Origin: Candidatus Eiseniibacteriota bacterium
Lineage (GTDB): Bacteria; Eisenbacteria; RBG-16-71-46
Assembly (NCBI GenBank): GCA_031370785.1
Contig: JANMQY010000001.1
Coordinates: 1 to 12,694, forward strand
DNA: 12,694 bases
Direction: 5' to 3'
In this document: piece after piece, positions 1 to 8,749 of the stretch
Layout: each line of letters opens with the position of its first letter
How positions within the stretch are numbered: position 1 is the first letter of the stretch
The notes under the pieces: generated by a model
What the model was told of the DNA's origin: nothing
What the model saw: only the letters and a program-made list of their open reading frames with translations
Databases searched by the model: none
Program-made: the position numbers and the translations under genes

Positions 1-162
1 CCGGGGATCGCCGAGGCGCTGATCGCCACGGTGGCCGGCCTCGCCGCCGCGATCCCGGCAGTGGTGGGCTACAACCATCTGCTGGGCCGCCTGCGCGATT
101 TCACCAATGCCACCGGCCAGTTCACGAGCGAGTTCCTCGACCGGCGCTTCGGGGGCGATTGA
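1..162 (+). CDS. tolQ: TolQ (MotA/TolQ/ExbB proton channel), C-terminal fragment, 5'-truncated by the window
   Basis: Frame 1 reads [34 protein letters not shown]...RFGGD*, the GIxEALxATxxGLxxAIPA motif of the last two TM helices. Stop TGA at 160-162, directly upstream of tolR. Not in the ORF track. Confidence 0.93.
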   Translation, partial: PGIAEALIATVAGLAAAIPAVVGYNHLLGRLRDFTNATGQFTSEFLDRRFGGD

Positions 163-164
163 CG

Positions 165-569
165 ATGAAGCTCGCCCCGGCGCGCCAGCCGCTCTCCGAA
201 ATCAACGTCACGCCGCTGGTGGACGTGGTGCTGGTGCTGCTCATCATCTTCATGGTGACCGCGCCGTTCCTGCAGGGCGGGCTCGAGATCGATCTGCCGC
301 GCGTCGCCACGCGCGGGCTGGACGTGAAGGAAGGACTGATCGTGAGCGTGCGTACCGACCGGACGCTGGCAGTGGGGGACGCGATCGTGAGCGCCGCCCA
401 CTTCGAAGAGGCGCTGGCCCGCGCGGGCGCCTCGAGCCGCCCGGTATTCCTCAAGGCCGATGCCGGCGTGCCCTACGGCGTGGTGGTGGACCTGATTGCG
501 CGCATGCGCCGGGTGGGCGTGGCCTCGCTCGGCCTGGTCACGCAGCCGCCGCCGCCGGCGAGGCGCTGA
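165..569 (+). CDS. tolR: TolR (ExbD/TolR family)
   Basis: [24 protein letters not shown] signature with the conserved TM Asp, and C-terminal [18 protein letters not shown] at 165 preferred over TTG at 159. Confidence 0.95.
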   Translation: MKLAPARQPLSEINVTPLVDVVLVLLIIFMVTAPFLQGGLEIDLPRVATRGLDVKEGLIVSVRTDRTLAVGDAIVSAAHFEEALARAGASSRPVFLKADAGVPYGVVVDLIARMRRVGVASLGLVTQPPPPARR

Positions 570-571
570 GC

Positions 572-1216
572 ATGCGCGGCTCGGTTCTCGGCTCGGCGCT
601 AGCGCACGTCGCGGTCCTGCTCGCGCTGCTCGTCCTGCGTCCGCCCACCCCGATCATCGTCCCGGGGCCGGATGTAGTGCAGGTCGCGCTCATCGATCCC
701 ACGACCGCGACCCCGGCGGTGGTCACCCCGCCCGTGCCGGCTCCCGAGCAACGCGCTCCGGACTTGGAGCCGGAGAAGGCGGAAGGCGTCAAGCTGGCCA
801 AGCCGAAGGCGCAGCCGAAAAAGCCCGAGCCTGAGCCGCGTCCGGTCGAACCGGTTCAGCCGGTGCCCGCGCTTCCCTTCGCAAAGGTGGGCAGCGCCGG
901 ACTCAGTGGCTCGGTGGCGGTCGACTCGCGCGACTTCCAGTTCACGTACTACCTGCTGCTGGTGCGTAACCGGATCGCTCAGAACTGGGCGCCGCCCGCC
1001 GGGCTCGGTGGCCAGACCGAGGCGGTCGTGTACTTCCGCATCAACCGGGCGGGAGAGATCGCCGCGGTCCGCATCGAGCGGCCGAGCGGGTCGGAATTCT
1101 TCGACAGCGCCGCGCAGCGTGCGGTGGTGCTCAGCGATCCGTTGCCGCCGCTGCCGCTCGGCTGGACCGGAGAGGCGCTCGGCGTTCACTTCGGCTTCCA
1201 GTACACCGGCCCATGA
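572..1216 (+). CDS. tolA: TolA/TonB-family energy transducer (214 aa)
   Basis: From ATG 572: TM anchor with SxxxH motif (SALAHVAVLL), Pro/Lys/Glu-rich linker and TonB_2/TolA-type C-domain (YLLLVRNRIAQNW...FRINRAG...SGSEFFDSAAQRAV...PLP). Lies between tolR and tolB; the symbol rests on this position. Confidence 0.85.
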   Translation: MRGSVLGSALAHVAVLLALLVLRPPTPIIVPGPDVVQVALIDPTTATPAVVTPPVPAPEQRAPDLEPEKAEGVKLAKPKAQPKKPEPEPRPVEPVQPVPALPFAKVGSAGLSGSVAVDSRDFQFTYYLLLVRNRIAQNWAPPAGLGGQTEAVVYFRINRAGEIAAVRIERPSGSEFFDSAAQRAVVLSDPLPPLPLGWTGEALGVHFGFQYTGP

Positions 1217-2508
1217 GAGCCTTAAGCGCCCTGGGCGTGGCTCTCATGCTGTGCTGCGGCGCGGCGGCGCTCGCTCAGACACCGAGCGACGTGCGCATCG
1301 ACATCCAGTCGGGACAGACCCGACGCCTGCGCGTACACTGCGAATCGCTGCGCCCGGCCGGGGATCGCAATGCCGCCCAGACCAGCGCACAGGCGGATGA
1401 GGTGCTGGCCTCCGACCTCGACGCCTCCGCGGTGTTCAGTGCGACGCGCTCGTGGGTCCCAGGCCAGCAGCCGTTCGATGTGCAGGCGTACGTAGGCGGC
1501 GAATGGAGCGTGAACGGTGGACGCGTCAGGCTCACAGGCGAGGTGCTCGACGCACCGGCGCGCCGCTCGATCCTGCGCCGCGAGTACAGCGGGGCCCTCG
1601 CGGACTGGAGATCCCTGGTGCACCAGTTCGCGGACGACGTCGTGCTGCAGTTCACCGGCGAGAGCGGGGTCGCATCGTCGCGCATCGCCTTCGTCGTGCC
1701 CGAGGGCCGCAACAAGGAACTCTACGTGATGGATGCCGACGGCTACGCACCGCGCGCGCTGACCGGGGATCGCTCGATTGCCCTCTCGCCCGCGTGGTCG
1801 CCCGACGGATCGCTGCTGCTCTTCACCTCGTATCGAGGTGGGGGCGGGCCGCAGGTGTTCGTGATTCCGGCCGCGGGTGGACGGGTGTTCCCGATCTCGA
1901 ACCGATCGGGCAACAACACCAGCGCATCGTATTCGCCGGATGGCAGCGAGATCGCTTGCACACTGAGCCTGGATGGGAATGCCGAGATCTATCTGCTCGA
2001 TGCTCGCGGCGGGTCCCCGCGCCGGCTCACCAACAGCCGCGCGATCGACACGTCACCCTCGTGGTCCCCGACCGGTCGCGAGATCGCGTTCACCTCGGAT
2101 CGCGGCGGCGCGCCGCAGGTCTACGTCATGGACCATGAAGGTGGTAATGTGCGCCGGCTGACATATCAGGTGAGTTATACGGATTCGCCGGCCTGGTCGC
2201 CGAAAGGAGACCGGATCGCTTTCGTGGCCCGCACCGGCGAGGGCTTTGATGTGTGGGTGTGCAAGGCGGACGGCTCGGACGCCCGGCTGCTGGTGAGCGG
2301 CCGCAGCAACGAGAATCCGCACTGGGCACCCGACGGGCGCCACCTCGTGTTCGCCTCGAACCGGGAAGGGCCCTGGGCACTGTACGTGACGGATCTCGAC
2401 GATCGGCCGCCGCACAAGCTCGACACCGGCGGGCGGCCGGCACTCTCGCCGGCCTGGTCGCCCCGACGGTCGGGTTCCGGAGCTTCCGGCTCGAACCGCA
2501 GCAACTGA
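1213..2508 (+). CDS. tolB: TolB, Tol-Pal beta-propeller protein
   Basis: Signal peptide, TolB N-domain ending VHQFADDVVLQFTGESG, then repeated PD40 blades (SPAWSPDG, SYSPDG, SPSWSPTG, SPAWSPKG, PHWAPDG). ATGA overlap with tolA. Confidence 0.96.
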   Translation: MRALSALGVALMLCCGAAALAQTPSDVRIDIQSGQTRRLRVHCESLRPAGDRNAAQTSAQADEVLASDLDASAVFSATRSWVPGQQPFDVQAYVGGEWSVNGGRVRLTGEVLDAPARRSILRREYSGALADWRSLVHQFADDVVLQFTGESGVASSRIAFVVPEGRNKELYVMDADGYAPRALTGDRSIALSPAWSPDGSLLLFTSYRGGGGPQVFVIPAAGGRVFPISNRSGNNTSASYSPDGSEIACTLSLDGNAEIYLLDARGGSPRRLTNSRAIDTSPSWSPTGREIAFTSDRGGAPQVYVMDHEGGNVRRLTYQVSYTDSPAWSPKGDRIAFVARTGEGFDVWVCKADGSDARLLVSGRSNENPHWAPDGRHLVFASNREGPWALYVTDLDDRPPHKLDTGGRPALSPAWSPRRSGSGASGSNRSN

Positions 2509-2526
2509 CAAAGGGAGGAACCCCTC

Positions 2527-3060
2527 ATGCTGATTTCGAACAGACTCCGCTGGCCGCTGGTGCTGATGCTGATCGTATTGCCATTGCTCGCGGCATCGTG
2601 CGCGAAGAAGGCGACCCAGGCTCCGCCGACCCAGACATCCGAGCCGACTCCGGTTCCGCAGACCACGCCGCCGCCCGCTCCGGCTCCGGCCCCGACCAGC
2701 GAGAGCACTGCGCCCCCGCCGTTCACGGTGCAGGATCTCCGCGCCGTGTTCTTCGAACTCGACTCCTACGCGCTCACCGATGCGGCGAGAGCGGCACTGG
2801 ATCACGACGCCAAGATGCTTCGCGACAACGGAGGCATCAAGGTGGTGATCGAGGGACACTGTGATGAGCGCGGTACCTCCGAGTACAACCAGGCGCTGGG
2901 CGAGAAGCGCGCGCAGGCGGCGCGCGACTACCTGACCGCGGCCGGCATCGACGCCTCGCGGCTCTCGATCGTCTCGTACGGCAAGGAGCGTCCATTCGAT
3001 CCGGGCCACGACGAGTCGGCGTGGGCCAAGAACCGGCGCGCGCACTTCTCACCGCGATGA
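2527..3060 (+). CDS. pal: Peptidoglycan-associated lipoprotein Pal
   Basis: SD GGGAGG at 2513-2518, lipobox LAASC, Pro/Thr-rich linker, OmpA-like domain with [22 protein letters not shown] and SYGKERP...AWAKNRRA. Confidence 0.97.
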   Translation: MLISNRLRWPLVLMLIVLPLLAASCAKKATQAPPTQTSEPTPVPQTTPPPAPAPAPTSESTAPPPFTVQDLRAVFFELDSYALTDAARAALDHDAKMLRDNGGIKVVIEGHCDERGTSEYNQALGEKRAQAARDYLTAAGIDASRLSIVSYGKERPFDPGHDESAWAKNRRAHFSPR

Positions 3061-3836
3061 GTTCTCGAGATCCGCATACCGGAAACGTGCGCTTCGCGTC
3101 GGCCCCCGTCGCCGCATTCGCGTGTTTCACGCTGCTCGCTCTCGCGCTCGTGACGTCCGGGTGCTACACGCCACATCTGGTGGCGCTGCGCAGCGGGCTC
3201 GACAGCCTGCGCACCCAGATCGACACGCTCACGGTGCGCGACTCGATCGCGTACCGGGTGCTCGAGGACACGAGGCGCGATCTCGCTTCGCAGCGTGACG
3301 TGCTGCTCAGCACCCGGGCCACCGCGGGCAGCACGACTCAGGAGATGTTCGAGCAGATGGGGCGGCTCGAGGGCAAGCTCGACGAGGTGATGGGGCGCTT
3401 CAATCAGATCGCGCAGCGCGCGCCGCCGACGGTCTCGGTGCCCGGCGCGCCCGCAGCGCCTGATCCGGCGACGCTCTACGATCAGGCGGCCCAGGATCTC
3501 ACTCAGGGCCGATACGGTCTCGCGCTCCAGGGCTTCCGCGATTTCGTGAGACGCTTCCCGACCTCGGAGCTCGCGGACAACGCCCAGTACGGCGTGGGCG
3601 AATGCTTCTTCGCCGAAGCCCGCTTCGACAGTGCCGCGGCGGAATACGCAAAGGTCGAAGCTGGATGGAAGGACGGAGACCGCGTGCCCGCGGCGCTCTA
3701 CAAGCTCGCGCTCAGCCAGGACAAGATGGGCAACACCTCGGGCTCGAAGAAGACGCTCGCGGATCTGGTGAAGCGCTTCCCGCTTTCGGGCGAGGCGCAA
3801 CTGGCGCGTGAGCGGCTCGGCACGAAGCGCAAATAG
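3057..3836 (+). CDS. cpoB: CpoB/YbgF, Tol-Pal-associated coiled-coil plus TPR protein; possible lipoprotein
   Basis: Follows pal with an ATGA overlap (alternative GTG at 3087). Hydrophobic signal ending LVTSGC, a coiled-coil-like segment and TPRs (LYDQA...[42 protein letters not shown]). Confidence 0.92.
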   Translation: MSSRDPHTGNVRFASAPVAAFACFTLLALALVTSGCYTPHLVALRSGLDSLRTQIDTLTVRDSIAYRVLEDTRRDLASQRDVLLSTRATAGSTTQEMFEQMGRLEGKLDEVMGRFNQIAQRAPPTVSVPGAPAAPDPATLYDQAAQDLTQGRYGLALQGFRDFVRRFPTSELADNAQYGVGECFFAEARFDSAAAEYAKVEAGWKDGDRVPAALYKLALSQDKMGNTSGSKKTLADLVKRFPLSGEAQLARERLGTKRK

Positions 3837-5538
3837 CCTGGGGGTCCTGCTGGCCGCGGTGGCATGCGTCGCCTCCGCCGCGGCCAGCTCCCCGGAGAGT
3901 GGCGCGCCGCGCCAACCGTTCGATCGCGACTCGTCGGGCACGAACTGGATCGTGGCTTCGCCGGGCGATACCGTCCTGGCCGGCGGCGTGTGGACCTCCG
4001 GATCGCGCCCGATCGTCGCCATCGAGGGGCTACCGATCCGGAAGGTCTCGATCGAGCCGCACGAGATCTTCGATCCGGTGCCCCCGGGCCGGTTTTCCTG
4101 GGTCTACGAGTTCGCGAACCGCGCACACATTCGCACCCGGACCAGCACCATCCGCCAGCAGCTGCTGTTCGCTCCCGGCGATCGCTGGAACGCCGAGCGC
4201 GCGGCGGAAAGCGCGCGTCAGCTGCGCTCGCTCGACTTCCTGACTCCCGAGTCCATCCGCGCGGTCCCGCGCGGAGATTCGGTCGATGTGCGCGTGATTA
4301 CCCGCGACGCATGGACCACCTCGCCCGAATTCAACCTCGAGAGCACGGGTGGACAGCGCTTCGGCTCCGTCGCGTTCACCGAGCGCAATCTGTTCGGGCT
4401 CGGCAAGTCGCTCTCGGTCGCGTTCCGGAACGAGCCGGCGGGCGCGTCGCGCTCGTTCTCGTTGCGCGACCCGGCGGTGGTCGGCTCCAGGCTCCAGCTC
4501 CAGTTCGACGCTGGCACTGGCTCGGCGGGAGCGACCAACAGCGCGGCGTTCGGCCTGCCGTTCTACGCCGAAGATGTGCCCCTGGCGTTCGGAGTGTCGT
4601 GGAGCCGCTCGACCTCGGTGACCCGGCTCTATTCGCAGCGCGTTGTGGCGGCGGATTTCGACGAGCGCATGGAGCAGACCGAGCTGCACTGGGGCCGCGG
4701 CACGCGCCACGACGGCACGATCGTGCGCTGGGTCGGGTCGTTCCTGTCCAAGGATCGGCGCATGGGGCCGAGCCGGCTCGAGCCTGGCGCGCCGCCCGAT
4801 TTCGCGGGCGGCGAAGACAATCTCAAGGTGCGCCGGCTCGCCGGCGAGCTGCGACTGTGGCGCCCGCGCTTCGTCGAGAAGACCGGAGTCGATCGCATGA
4901 ACGGGATCGAGGACTTCGACCTGGGGTCGATGGCGGCGATCAAGCTCGGGTTTTCGCCCCGCTTGCTGGGAGGAAGCGCGGACGAGGGCTACTCCCGATT
5001 CGAGCTCGGCGCCGGAGCCGAGACCCCTCTGGGATTCGGGCTGGTTCGCGGCTCGATCGACAGCCGGCTGCGCTGGACCCCGCTCGAGATCGTGCGCCGG
5101 CTCGACGCGCGCTGGATCGTGCAGGGGCCGCTCGCGCAGACGCTCGTGCTCAATGCTCACGGCATCGGCGGCGAGCGCGTGCCGCGCGACTTCCAGGTCT
5201 CGACCGGCGGGCTGGAGGGCCTGCGCGCCTATCCGGTGCACGCGCTTTCGGGCAGACGCCTGTGGCGCTTCAATGCCGAAGACCGCTGGACGGTCGGCCA
5301 CGAGTACTGGCAGCTGGTGACGCTCGGCGCCGCGGCGTTCTACGACGCGGCCCGGGCCTGGGGACCGGGGGCGGGCGGAACGATCTGGCATCACGACGTG
5401 GGCGTGGGGCTGCGCGTCGCGCTGCCTCACTCCTCGCAAAACCGGGTGATGCGGCTGGATGTCGCATTTCCGATGAGTCCGACCCGCGGTGGAGACCGCG
5501 AACCAGTGCTGTCGTTCGGCTCGAGTCAGGCGTTCTAG
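3808..5538 (+). CDS. Omp85-superfamily (BamA/TamA-like) outer membrane protein with about one POTRA-like domain
   Basis: Signal-like N-terminus, POTRA-like HIRTRTSTIRQQLLFAPGD...ESARQLRSLDFL, barrel motif ERNLFGLGK, loop-6-like GGLEGLRAYP, DVGVGLR, and C-terminal Phe (SFGSSQAF). Start codon uncertain. Confidence 0.85.
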   Translation: MSGSARSANSLGVLLAAVACVASAAASSPESGAPRQPFDRDSSGTNWIVASPGDTVLAGGVWTSGSRPIVAIEGLPIRKVSIEPHEIFDPVPPGRFSWVYEFANRAHIRTRTSTIRQQLLFAPGDRWNAERAAESARQLRSLDFLTPESIRAVPRGDSVDVRVITRDAWTTSPEFNLESTGGQRFGSVAFTERNLFGLGKSLSVAFRNEPAGASRSFSLRDPAVVGSRLQLQFDAGTGSAGATNSAAFGLPFYAEDVPLAFGVSWSRSTSVTRLYSQRVVAADFDERMEQTELHWGRGTRHDGTIVRWVGSFLSKDRRMGPSRLEPGAPPDFAGGEDNLKVRRLAGELRLWRPRFVEKTGVDRMNGIEDFDLGSMAAIKLGFSPRLLGGSADEGYSRFELGAGAETPLGFGLVRGSIDSRLRWTPLEIVRRLDARWIVQGPLAQTLVLNAHGIGGERVPRDFQVSTGGLEGLRAYPVHALSGRRLWRFNAEDRWTVGHEYWQLVTLGAAAFYDAARAWGPGAGGTIWHHDVGVGLRVALPHSSQNRVMRLDVAFPMSPTRGGDREPVLSFGSSQAF

Positions 5539-5544
5539 CGACGC

Positions 5545-5573
5545 TTGACGCTGCGCGCCGGCGCCCGTAGCGT
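5545..5573 (+). promoter_or_regulatory. sigma70-like promoter for the DUF355...dcd operon
   Basis: TTGACG (5545-5550), 17 nt spacer, TAGCGT (5568-5573), followed by SD AAAGGAG (5581-5587) and ATG 5598. Confidence 0.7.
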
Positions 5574-5597
5574 GCCCCGCAAAGGAGCCGACCGTCC

Positions 5598-6080
5598 ATG
5601 GATCTTCATGCCGTTGCGCTCGACATTCCGTCGGACTGCAACCTCATCGCCGGCCAGTCGCACTTCATCAAGACCGTCGAAGACCTCGCCGAGATCGTGG
5701 TCACGACGGTGCCCGGCGCGCACTTCGGCCTGGCCTTCTGCGAGGCGTCGGGCCCGTGCCTGATTCGCACCGAAGGCGACGATCCGGCACTGATCGCCGC
5801 GGCCGTCGCGAACGCCGAACGGGTTGGCGCAGGACACACGTTCTTCCTCGTGCTGCGCGGCGCCTATCCCATCAACCTGCTCAATGCGGTCAAACTCTGT
5901 CCCGAGGTGTGCCGCGTGTTCTGCGCGACCGCGAACCCGGTGCAGGCGCTGGTCGCGGCCACCGAGCAGGGTCGTGGAATGGTGGGGGTGGTGGACGGCG
6001 CCTCGCCGCTCGGCGTCGAGGACGCGGCCGCGAAGGCGCAGCGCCGCGAATTCCTGCGGCGGATCGGTTACAAGCGTTGA
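5598..6080 (+). CDS. DUF355 / adenosine-specific kinase family protein
   Basis: NLIAGQSHFIKTVEDLAE, FGLAFCEASG, GAGHTF, YPINLLNAVK, FCATANP and GVVDG motifs, with C-terminal FLRRIGYKR. Good SD. Confidence 0.92.
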   Translation: MDLHAVALDIPSDCNLIAGQSHFIKTVEDLAEIVVTTVPGAHFGLAFCEASGPCLIRTEGDDPALIAAAVANAERVGAGHTFFLVLRGAYPINLLNAVKLCPEVCRVFCATANPVQALVAATEQGRGMVGVVDGASPLGVEDAAAKAQRREFLRRIGYKR

Positions 6081-6123
6081 GCGCGCATGCGGACGGACGT
6101 GGCGCGCCGCGGCAGGTGAACTG

Positions 6124-6948
6124 ATGCTGCGCTTCGGGACGTCGGGAATTCCGTGCAGCAGCGAGAAGCAGGCGACCGAGTCGGGGATCGCGCGTGCGCG
6201 CGCGCTCGGACTCGATTGCCTCGAGATGGCCTGGGTGAACGGCATCCGCATGAAGCCCGAATCCGCGGATCGCATCGCCGAGGCGGCCCGGACTCACGCC
6301 CTGGAGCTGACCGCTCATGCGCCGTACTACATCAACCTGTGCGGAGCCGATGACGTCCGCGCGCGCAGCATCGACCGGCTGGTCGCGACCGGCGAGCTCG
6401 CGGCGCGCTGCACCGCGCGCAGCTTCTGCTTTCATGCCGGCTTCTACGGGAGGCTCGAACCCGGCGAAGCCGAGCGCCTGGTGATCGAAGGCCTCGAACA
6501 GGTGATGCGCCGCCTGCGCCAGAGCGGGGTCCGGCTCGACGTCAGGCCCGAGCTCACCGGCAAGGCGTCCCAGATCGGGTCGCTCGACGACCTGCTCTCG
6601 TGGAGCGAGCGTGTCCCCGGTGTCGTCCCCTGCATCGACTTCTCGCATCACTACGCCCGCCACGGCGGTGCGCACAACGACTATGCGGCGTTCACCGACG
6701 TGCTCACACAGGTGCGCTCGCGGCTCGGCCCCGCCGCGCTCGAGCGCCTGCACGTGCACGTCTCGGGCATCGAGTTCGGGCCCAAAGGCGAGCGGCGCCA
6801 TCTGCCGCTGCGCAAGTCGAAGTTCCGCTACCGCGAGCTGCTGAAGGCGCTGCGCGACGCGAACGTCTCGGGTTGGGTGGTATGCGAGAGTCCGGAGATG
6901 GAGGACGACGCCCTGTGCCTGAAGCGTGCCTACCGGAGGCTGTCGTGA
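6124..6948 (+). CDS. Endonuclease IV-like TIM-barrel protein (AP endonuclease family 2), archaeal-type motifs
   Basis: MLRFGTSGIP start, HAPYYINL, FHAGFY, RPELTGK, CIDFSH, HVHVSGIEFGPKGERRHLPL, CESP. ATG 6124 taken as start; the ORF track's extension to 5824 overlaps DUF355. Confidence 0.88.
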   Translation: MLRFGTSGIPCSSEKQATESGIARARALGLDCLEMAWVNGIRMKPESADRIAEAARTHALELTAHAPYYINLCGADDVRARSIDRLVATGELAARCTARSFCFHAGFYGRLEPGEAERLVIEGLEQVMRRLRQSGVRLDVRPELTGKASQIGSLDDLLSWSERVPGVVPCIDFSHHYARHGGAHNDYAAFTDVLTQVRSRLGPAALERLHVHVSGIEFGPKGERRHLPLRKSKFRYRELLKALRDANVSGWVVCESPEMEDDALCLKRAYRRLS

Positions 6949-8102
6949 GCGGGAAGCGCGAATCCTCCTCGGTGGTGGTGATCGGTGCAGGCTGCATCGG
7001 CGCCGCGATCGCGTATCACCTCGCGCTGCGCGGGGTGAAGGACGTGGTCGTGCTGGAAAAGGAGCCGTTCGCGGGCGCCGGCTCCACCAGCAAGGCGGCC
7101 GGGGGCATCCGCGCGCAGTTCTCGACCCCGATCAATGTGCGCATCTCGATGATGGCGATCGAGGCGTACGAGCGATTCGCCGAGGAGATGGAGACCGATC
7201 CGGTCTTCTTTCAGGTAGGCTACATGTTCGTTCTCGCCGAGCCCAAGCGCTGGGAGAGCTTTCAGCGCCAGGCCGAGATGCAGCGCGCGCTGGGCCTGAT
7301 CGTCGAGACGCTGAGTCCGGAAGGCGCAAAGGCGCGGGTGCCGGAGCTGAACGTGGAAGACGTGCTGGGCGCCACGTTCTGCCCGCGCGACGGCCTCGGG
7401 AATCCGCACGAGATCACGCAGGCATTCGTCGCCCAGGCGCGCCGTCGCGGCGTCGACTTCCGCTTCACCGATCCTGCGCTCGGCATCGAGCTCGAGGGGG
7501 ATCGCGTCGTCGGGGTGCGCACCTCGGCGGGCGCGATCGCCACCCCGATGGTGGTCAATGCGGCCGGCCCATACGCCGCCGAAGTCGCGAACCTGGCCGG
7601 GATCACGCTGCCGGTGAGTCCGATCCGGCGTCACTGTTTCACCACCGAGCCGCTCCCGTTCGTGCGCGCCGAACTGCCGATGATCGTGGACATGGCCTCC
7701 GGCGTCTACATGCACCGCGAGAGCGGGGGCATGCTGCTCGGACTCGCCAATCGCGAGGAGCCGCCGGGCTTCGACACCAGCGTCAACTGGGATCTGCTCG
7801 AGCGCGTGGTCGAGCCCGCGATCCATCGCGTGCCGGCGCTCGAGGTCGCGGAGATCTCGAATGCGTGGGCCGGCCTCTACGAGAGCACGCCGGATCACAA
7901 TGCCGTGCTTGGCCCGCCGGCGTCGGTGAGGGGCCTGATGCTGGCCAACGGATTCAGTGGCCACGGACTCATGCATGCTCCCGCGGTCGGACGCCTGATC
8001 GCCGAGTGGATCGTGGACGGACGGCCGAGCCTCGACCTGCGTCCGCTTCGGCTCGAGCGGTTCGCCGAGCACGAGACGCTGATCGAGGCGAACGTCATCT
8101 GA
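6945..8102 (+). CDS. FAD-dependent oxidoreductase, DAO / sarcosine oxidase beta-subunit-like
   Basis: GTGA overlap start, VVIGAGCIG dinucleotide motif, GSTSKAAGGIRAQFS, VVNAAG, WAGLYESTPD, NGFSGHGLMHAPAVG. Confidence 0.92.
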   Translation: MSGKRESSSVVVIGAGCIGAAIAYHLALRGVKDVVVLEKEPFAGAGSTSKAAGGIRAQFSTPINVRISMMAIEAYERFAEEMETDPVFFQVGYMFVLAEPKRWESFQRQAEMQRALGLIVETLSPEGAKARVPELNVEDVLGATFCPRDGLGNPHEITQAFVAQARRRGVDFRFTDPALGIELEGDRVVGVRTSAGAIATPMVVNAAGPYAAEVANLAGITLPVSPIRRHCFTTEPLPFVRAELPMIVDMASGVYMHRESGGMLLGLANREEPPGFDTSVNWDLLERVVEPAIHRVPALEVAEISNAWAGLYESTPDHNAVLGPPASVRGLMLANGFSGHGLMHAPAVGRLIAEWIVDGRPSLDLRPLRLERFAEHETLIEANVI

Positions 8103-8104
8103 TC

Positions 8105-8749
8105 ATGCCCTTCCTCCAGCACGCGCTCCGCCTCGGCCCGCTCGAGAACAATTCCTACCTGATCGTGGATTCCGCGACCGGCGAGACCGCGGTCGTCGAC
8201 GTCGGATTCGAGCCCGAGCTCGCGATCGCCGCGATTCGCAGCCACAAGCTCGCGGTCCGCTGGCTGCTCGCCACTCACGGTCACTACGACCACGTCGCCG
8301 GAATGCGCGAGGTGCAGCAGGCGCTCGGCGGCGAGTTCCGGATGCACCCGGCCGACCGTCCACTGCTGGCGATGCTGAGCGAGCAGGGCGAGATGTTCGG
8401 CTTCCCGCCGGCCGAACCGCCGGAGACGGTGCGGGACCTGGCGGACGGCGAGATCATTCCGCTTGGCGAGGGGCGGCTCGAAGTGATCCATACCCCGGGG
8501 CACTCTCCCGGAGGCGTGAGCTTCCACGCTGGCGATGATCTGTGGGTCGGCGACACGCTGTTCGCGGGCTCGGTCGGACGCACCGATTTGCCCGGCGCTT
8601 CCTTCCGCCAGCTGGCGCACGGAATCCATACCCGGCTCTTCCCGCTGGGCGATGCGGTGCGGGTCTGGACCGGGCATGGCGATCCGACCACGCTCGGCGA
8701 AGAGCGCCTGCACAATCCTTTCGTCGGCGAAGCCGCGGGGCGACCGTGA
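8105..8749 (+). CDS. MBL-fold metallo-hydrolase, glyoxalase II/YcbL-like
   Basis: THGHYDH (HxHxDH), HTPGHSPG, GDTLFAGSVGRTDLPG, GHGDPTT...ERLHNPF. ATG 8105 lies 2 nt after the upstream stop. Confidence 0.93.
   Translation: MPFLQHALRLGPLENNSYLIVDSATGETAVVDVGFEPELAIAAIRSHKLAVRWLLATHGHYDHVAGMREVQQALGGEFRMHPADRPLLAMLSEQGEMFGFPPAEPPETVRDLADGEIIPLGEGRLEVIHTPGHSPGGVSFHAGDDLWVGDTLFAGSVGRTDLPGASFRQLAHGIHTRLFPLGDAVRVWTGHGDPTTLGEERLHNPFVGEAAGRP

Noticed and set aside
1780..2470. Recurring TCGCCGGCCTGGTCGCC-like nucleotide repeats
   Set aside because: Explained by the SPAWSP blades of the TolB beta-propeller; not a CRISPR array or DNA-level repeat.
2515..2526. GAGG-AACC-CCTC mini-hairpin over the pal Shine-Dalgarno
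   Set aside because: Only 4 bp; expected by chance and too weak to support a regulatory claim.
3864..5570. 568-aa alternative-frame + strand ORF over the Omp85 gene
   Set aside because: Arg-rich off-frame translation without domain features; the 3808 frame carries all the family motifs.
6926..8104. Apparent long N-terminal extensions or fusions in the ORF track (6926..8749, also 107..1216, 5824..6948, 6600..8102, 8542..9795, 9462..10484)
   Set aside because: The extensions overlap upstream real genes in another frame and read as low-complexity noise. The true starts lie at or just after the upstream stop codons.
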